Shown one piece after another: positions 60,049-64,000 of a DNA stretch of 64,000 nucleotides. Both the position numbers and the translations under genes were made by a program. This DNA is from Verrucomicrobiia bacterium (GTDB lineage Bacteria > Verrucomicrobiota > Verrucomicrobiia > Limisphaerales > UBA11358): the NCBI GenBank assembly GCA_036489615.1, contig DASXFM010000185.1, forward strand, positions 274 to 64,273. The letters are read 5' to 3'. Position 1 is the stretch's first letter. Each line of letters opens with the position of its first letter. The notes beneath the pieces are model-generated. The model was not told the origin of the DNA, did no database searches, and worked only from the letters and a program-made list of their open reading frames with translations.

Positions 60049-61080
60049 CTATTTCGATTCGTCGTAACTTGCTGTGGTTTGTGTCAATTTCAAATCGCCA
60101 TCAAGTGAGCGCAGAGGCGGAATGAGTCTGGTTTGCAGTTCGCCATGATAGGCCCTGACCGCTTCTTCCGGAGAAATTTCGCTATCGGCGATACGGCGCA
60201 GAAATGAAATAAATATTAACGGGTCTTCGGCATCTTTGATTTTGCGACCGAACAATGCCACGCGTGCGCCGTATTTTTGGGCGTCAGCGAGTAGTTTGAA
60301 GGCGTCGTAAGTCGTCCCGCTGCCTCCGCCCAACACACCCACAATGACAGACGGGTCATAGGCGACGAGTTCTTCAAGTGCGCGTGGACCGAAATAGGGA
60401 ATTTTCAGGAAAACCGGCCGCGCGGACAAGGGAACGCCGGCCAGCGTTCGGCAGACACTATCGTTAACAAACGCAGGAATTTCCTCAGGCCGCAATCCGG
60501 CGTCAATGTTAGGGGCAAACACCTCGAGAAAATAATTGAAATTTTTCCGCTGGGCTTCGGCTCGAAACTCTTTGAACGCGAGCAGCGACTCGCGGTCCGC
60601 TGACAATTGATTGTTGAAGGTAATCGAGTACAAGCCCAGATTTACGGTCGGCTCATCAGGGCGTTCGGCGGTGAGGCTACCGTATTGAGCCTCTTCTATG
60701 AAACCACTGGCGAATGGCGCGGATGGTTGTTCGCGATAACGTCCGCCGCGCGGGCACCAGACATCACTAGTATCATTAATACGCACGGCGGGAGTAACAT
60801 TACCGGAATCGAATAGCCGCTCATGATGAGCCAGCAGGCTCATCGTGGAAATAGATGCGAGCATGATATCCACGGCACCCTGCCGAACGATGGCGCGGAT
60901 GTGCTCGTGAAATTGGGGCATGGTCCGATAGGGTGAACGACCAGCAGGACTAGGATAAACTTTCCCAGGACTGGGAACGCCCCAAGCCATGTCAGCATCC
61001 CGCGCATCTGCAATGATAAACTCGCGGGATGATGGGTTCTCACGGATGCGTTTTAGCTTTTGAACTAAAGCGGGCTTCAT
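60049..61080 (-). CDS. Hypothetical protein, possibly a TIM-barrel aldolase-like enzyme
   Basis: 343 aa with no motif I can name. It is the first gene of the operon. The functional guess rests only on context and alternating beta/alpha-like periodicity. Confidence 0.7.
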   Translation of the reverse strand: MKPALVQKLKRIRENPSSREFIIADARDADMAWGVPSPGKVYPSPAGRSPYRTMPQFHEHIRAIVRQGAVDIMLASISTMSLLAHHERLFDSGNVTPAVRINDTSDVWCPRGGRYREQPSAPFASGFIEEAQYGSLTAERPDEPTVNLGLYSITFNNQLSADRESLLAFKEFRAEAQRKNFNYFLEVFAPNIDAGLRPEEIPAFVNDSVCRTLAGVPLSARPVFLKIPYFGPRALEELVAYDPSVIVGVLGGGSGTTYDAFKLLADAQKYGARVALFGRKIKDAEDPLIFISFLRRIADSEISPEEAVRAYHGELQTRLIPPLRSLDGDLKLTQTTASYDESK

Positions 61081-61122
61081 GTTCTTTTAAGTTACGGCGA
61101 AGGTGAATAAATACCACTATTA

Positions 61123-61140
61123 GTTTGCAAATCACACGTA
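61123..61140. promoter_or_regulatory. 18-bp repeat copy 1 (candidate operator), upstream of the catabolic operon
   Basis: GTTTGCAAATCACACGTA, 43-60 nt upstream of the start at 61080. It contains the palindrome TTTGCAAA. Confidence 0.5.
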
Positions 61141-61207
61141 TTTAATTAACACCGCACTAAAAGATGCCAATACCAATGAGAGCAGAGAATTTCCACCAGT
61201 TGATGGA

Positions 61208-62173
61208 TCAACGAACGGATGTTTTCGGCGGAAGGCGAACGGCACTATGGGAACCCAGACGAACCAAGAATTCGCGCGCGTGCTGTTCCTGCATCTGCCG
61301 GGTTTGACTGCGGAATTCAGTCGGGGACAAACCAGTGATTTCGCGGAACCGCCGGTTAAAATTAGCCAAATTATTGTAGCCGCATTTGAAAGCAGTTTGG
61401 GTGATACTCTCCTGCTGACCGGCGAGTTGGGCACAAACTTTAGCCACACGCAGTTCATTCAAATAACGCTGGAAAACACGTCCGACGCGGAATTTGAACC
61501 AGCGGCTGAAACCTTGCGGCGACATTTTCATCTCCGCGGCGCACTGCGCCTGCGTGATGGGTTCAGCAAAATGATTTTGAATCCATTCCAACAGTCGTTC
61601 CAAACGTGGATCGGGGCCTTCGGCATCCATTCCCGCATAGGCACCGTTCAAATAATGAAATGGCAGGTGAAGCAAACGCTGAAAGATGCCAAGAAATTGA
61701 ATCAGACTTTCCAGTGAATGCGATGGCTGTGCAACGAGAGCTTCAATTTGATCGCCAATTTCCCGCCGACCCAAACCTGTAAACCGTAGGCCACGCGCAG
61801 CCTGGGCCAGAAAAAAACCCAGCTTCCGGACTTCCGGCAGTTGCCAGAATTCATTGCTCCAGTACTTTGGCAAAAATTGGACTACAAACCATTCGGCCTC
61901 ACCCGGCTGGTCAAATGCCGAGGCCCACGTATGAGGCAGCCGGCTGCCAAGCAATACCAAGTCGCCGGCTTCAAATCGCTCGATTGACCGGCCGACGTAG
62001 CGCAGACCGCGACCTTTCCGAATCCATACCAACTCCACCTCATGATGATAGTGCCAAAGAAAGTGGACAGTCGGCTCGTGGTATCGGCTCACCATGAAAG
62101 CATGGGTTCCTGCCTGCGGCAAGGGAACAAGCCGGGGCTGGCCATGGACTTCGGGTTGGGGAACGATCTGCAC
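61208..62173 (-). CDS. AraC-family transcriptional regulator (N-terminal cupin + HTH_18)
   Basis: WHYHHEVELVWIRKGRGLRYVG..GDLVLLGSRLPHTW is the cupin, followed by a C-terminal AraC HTH. Start chosen at GTG 62173 (GGAG 13 nt upstream). ATGs at 62230 and 62278 are alternatives. Confidence 0.85.
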   Translation of the reverse strand: MQIVPQPEVHGQPRLVPLPQAGTHAFMVSRYHEPTVHFLWHYHHEVELVWIRKGRGLRYVGRSIERFEAGDLVLLGSRLPHTWASAFDQPGEAEWFVVQFLPKYWSNEFWQLPEVRKLGFFLAQAARGLRFTGLGRREIGDQIEALVAQPSHSLESLIQFLGIFQRLLHLPFHYLNGAYAGMDAEGPDPRLERLLEWIQNHFAEPITQAQCAAEMKMSPQGFSRWFKFRVGRVFQRYLNELRVAKVCAQLAGQQESITQTAFKCGYNNLANFNRRFREITGLSPTEFRSQTRQMQEQHAREFLVRLGSHSAVRLPPKTSVR

Positions 62174-62190
62174 ATCACAAGTTAACTCCG

Positions 62191-62208
62191 TACGTGTGAT
62201 TTGCAAAC
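62191..62208. promoter_or_regulatory. 18-bp repeat copy 2 (inverted), just upstream of the preferred AraC start
   Basis: TACGTGTGATTTGCAAAC is the exact reverse complement of 61123-61140. Confidence 0.5.
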
Positions 62209-62369
62209 CGATAGTTGTGAACGTGACCATTTCGGGGCATGCTTTTATGAAATAACCCACGTGAACCATGAGTAGCATAAAGCTTCAAACGCTATTGGTC
62301 GTTTGCTTTGCTGCTTCTGGCCATTTAGCATTGATGATGCGGGATGCTTGTTACGAATCCTGACATCGC

Positions 62370-62380
62370 TGCAAATCACA
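62370..62380. promoter_or_regulatory. Partial third copy of the repeat core
   Basis: TGCAAATCACA (11 of 18 nt) in the AraC/sensor intergenic region. Confidence 0.35.
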
Positions 62381-62466
62381 TCCAAATAGGGAACGACATC
62401 ATCCGCCCCTTATGTTATGATTTTATTTGGAACCAGCGCATGCAGTCCGGTCACCAGCAGTAGCAT

Positions 62467-64000
62467 ATGACAAGGAATCGTCTTAACGGCTTTGTTTATC
62501 TTTGCCTCCAGTTAAAGACGATATTGACCGTATTGTTTTTGATTATCCTTCCAACTGCTATGAAGGCCATGGCATCGGACCTTCCAGAACCTTCCCATCT
62601 GTTTGTTGGCCATGATGCCACTGGAGAACTGGAGGTATTTAAACTCGATAACGTTGGCACGCTTTATCACCGGTGGCGGAAAACCTCTAATGGCGCATGG
62701 TCATCATGGTCGAGCCTGGGAGGTTCGCTATCTCCAGGGCTTGCCATCATCAGCAATGTTAACGGCAAAATGGAAATTTTTGGGGTAGGCCGAACGACCC
62801 AAAATCTTGAATGCATACGGCAATTAAGCGCCAATAGTCTCGATTGGTCTTCGTGGACCAATCTAGGAGGGGTGCTTGAACCTGCCGTTACGGCTGAAAA
62901 AAATCTGGATGGACGAATCGAAGTATTCGCTGTAGATAACGCCACCCATCGTGTTAAGCACATCTTTCAAACCGGTTCCGGCTGGTCATCGTGGGCAGAC
63001 CTCGGCGACTCGGTTCAATCCGATTTGAAGGTAATGAAAAATAGTGATGGCCGCCTCGAACTTTTCGGAATAGCTATGGATAATGGGACCTTGTTTCATT
63101 GCTGGCAACTTCGCCCCAATACGACGAATGAATGGTCTACCTGGACCGGTCTTGGCGGGGCAATCCTGCCGGGATTTGCGATTGCCCCGAATACAGCCGG
63201 GCGGCTGGATATTTTCGCAGTGAATCGAACCAACGAAACGGTATGCCGAATCAGCCAGGTGATTCCGTCGGACAGCAGGTATTGGACGTCCTGGCAGGAT
63301 TTCGGGGCCACGGTTAAGCCGGGACTGGCCATCGGGCTAAGCGGCGACGGGCGATTGGAAGTGTTCGGAATTAATGCCAGCAATTCGATGATTTTACATC
63401 GCTGGGAATTACTGGTGAATGGTTCGGATAAATGGTCGGAATGGACCAGCCTGGGGGAAAAAACCGTTGCTGCTCCGGTGGTTGGCGAAAATGAAGATGG
63501 AAACCTGGAAGTGTTTGCCGCAGACCCGAATAATGAAGACTTGATTCATTATCGGCGCCAAATTAGTAATGCCAGCGGTTGGCTGGACTGGTCCAGTCTG
63601 GACCAACCGGTTTTTACTTACGCCTCCCGTTCGTGGCACGTAGATGAAGGCCTGCCGGATAACGTGGTTCAGGCCATCGCCCAAACCACTGATGGTTTTT
63701 TATGGATTGGAACTCGGGAAGGCTTGGCGCGGTTTGATGGAAGCCAGTTTGTTTGTTACAATACACTGAATACTCCCAAGCTGAAAAATTCTTCCATCAC
63801 AGCCCTGTGCGCCGGTAAAGACGGCTCTCTTTGGATTGGCACGGACGGCGGCGGGCTTATCCGCCTGAACAATGGTGTCTTTACCCAATTTGCAACAACC
63901 AACGGGTTAGCCGGGGATGAAGTGCAGGTCATTTATGAAAGCAAGGACGGCACTCTCTGGGTCGGCACCACTACCGGCATGAGTTGTTATCGGAACAGGG
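62467..64000 (+). CDS. Sensor protein: signal/TM, 7-blade lectin-like beta-propeller, then Reg_prop (two-component regulator propeller) repeats. The 3' end runs off the window.
   Basis: Hand translation from ATG 62467 is open to the window end: MTRNRLNGFVYLCLQLKTILTVLFLIILPTAMKAMA... Six W.(S/E)W..LG blades end in DG.LE.F, plus a closing strand. Then come DGFLWIGTREGLARFDG, DGSLWIGTDGGGLIRL and DGTLWVGTTTGM. Confidence 0.85.
   Translation, partial: MTRNRLNGFVYLCLQLKTILTVLFLIILPTAMKAMASDLPEPSHLFVGHDATGELEVFKLDNVGTLYHRWRKTSNGAWSSWSSLGGSLSPGLAIISNVNGKMEIFGVGRTTQNLECIRQLSANSLDWSSWTNLGGVLEPAVTAEKNLDGRIEVFAVDNATHRVKHIFQTGSGWSSWADLGDSVQSDLKVMKNSDGRLELFGIAMDNGTLFHCWQLRPNTTNEWSTWTGLGGAILPGFAIAPNTAGRLDIFAVNRTNETVCRISQVIPSDSRYWTSWQDFGATVKPGLAIGLSGDGRLEVFGINASNSMILHRWELLVNGSDKWSEWTSLGEKTVAAPVVGENEDGNLEVFAADPNNEDLIHYRRQISNASGWLDWSSLDQPVFTYASRSWHVDEGLPDNVVQAIAQTTDGFLWIGTREGLARFDGSQFVCYNTLNTPKLKNSSITALCAGKDGSLWIGTDGGGLIRLNNGVFTQFATTNGLAGDEVQVIYESKDGTLWVGTTTGMSCYRNR

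Overview
This is a single chromosomal window. By eye I found no rRNA, transposase, integrase, phage genes or CRISPR array. The gene content suggests a PVC-group (Verrucomicrobiota-like) bacterium: a VPDGG-type PEP-CTERM tail, an exosortase, very large cytoplasmic sensor kinases, and an FN3 protein ending ...HRYYR. That taxonomic call is inference only.

Layout:
(i) 1-10.6 kb, minus strand. Three histidine kinases sit in a row. One is a 2185-aa kinase built from twelve in-frame 276-bp (92-aa) HAMP-type repeats.
(ii) 10.7-17.6 kb. An islet of small lipoprotein, BON, DUF1328, DUF3185, DUF892 and low-complexity secreted genes. Almost every unit has a sigma-54-type -24/-12 promoter. Most of these promoters lie 35-115 bp downstream of a recurring TGCA-N3-TGCA box.
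(iii) 17.9-52.2 kb, all plus strand. A roughly 34-kb exopolysaccharide plus PEP-CTERM/exosortase locus. It encodes a Wza-like exporter, a NusG/RfaH-like paralog, a priming sugar transferase, two FemAB-like proteins, a PCP, a Wzy/O-antigen-ligase-like protein, many glycosyltransferases, two AsnB-like amidotransferases, a Wzm/Wzt ABC exporter, an outer-membrane beta-barrel, the exosortase and a PrsT-like TPR lipoprotein. An atypical Ser-like tRNA gene sits inside this operon, directly after a FemAB/GNAT-like gene and before an AsnB paralog that lacks the catalytic Cys.
(iv) 52.3-54.5 kb. A PEP-CTERM substrate gene with a sigma-54 promoter, followed by the sigma-54 activator PrsR.
(v) 54.5-62.2 kb, minus strand. 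A translationally coupled six-gene operon that looks sugar-catabolic and includes an enolase paralog, plus an AraC regulator. An 18-bp perfect inverted repeat marks both promoter regions.
(vi) 62.5-64.0 kb. The start of a sensor protein with a lectin-like 7-blade propeller followed by Reg_prop repeats.

Two edge-truncated CDS (1..2913 minus and 62467..64000 plus) are absent from the supplied ORF track. I found them by hand translation. All motif calls were made by eye and nothing was searched against databases.
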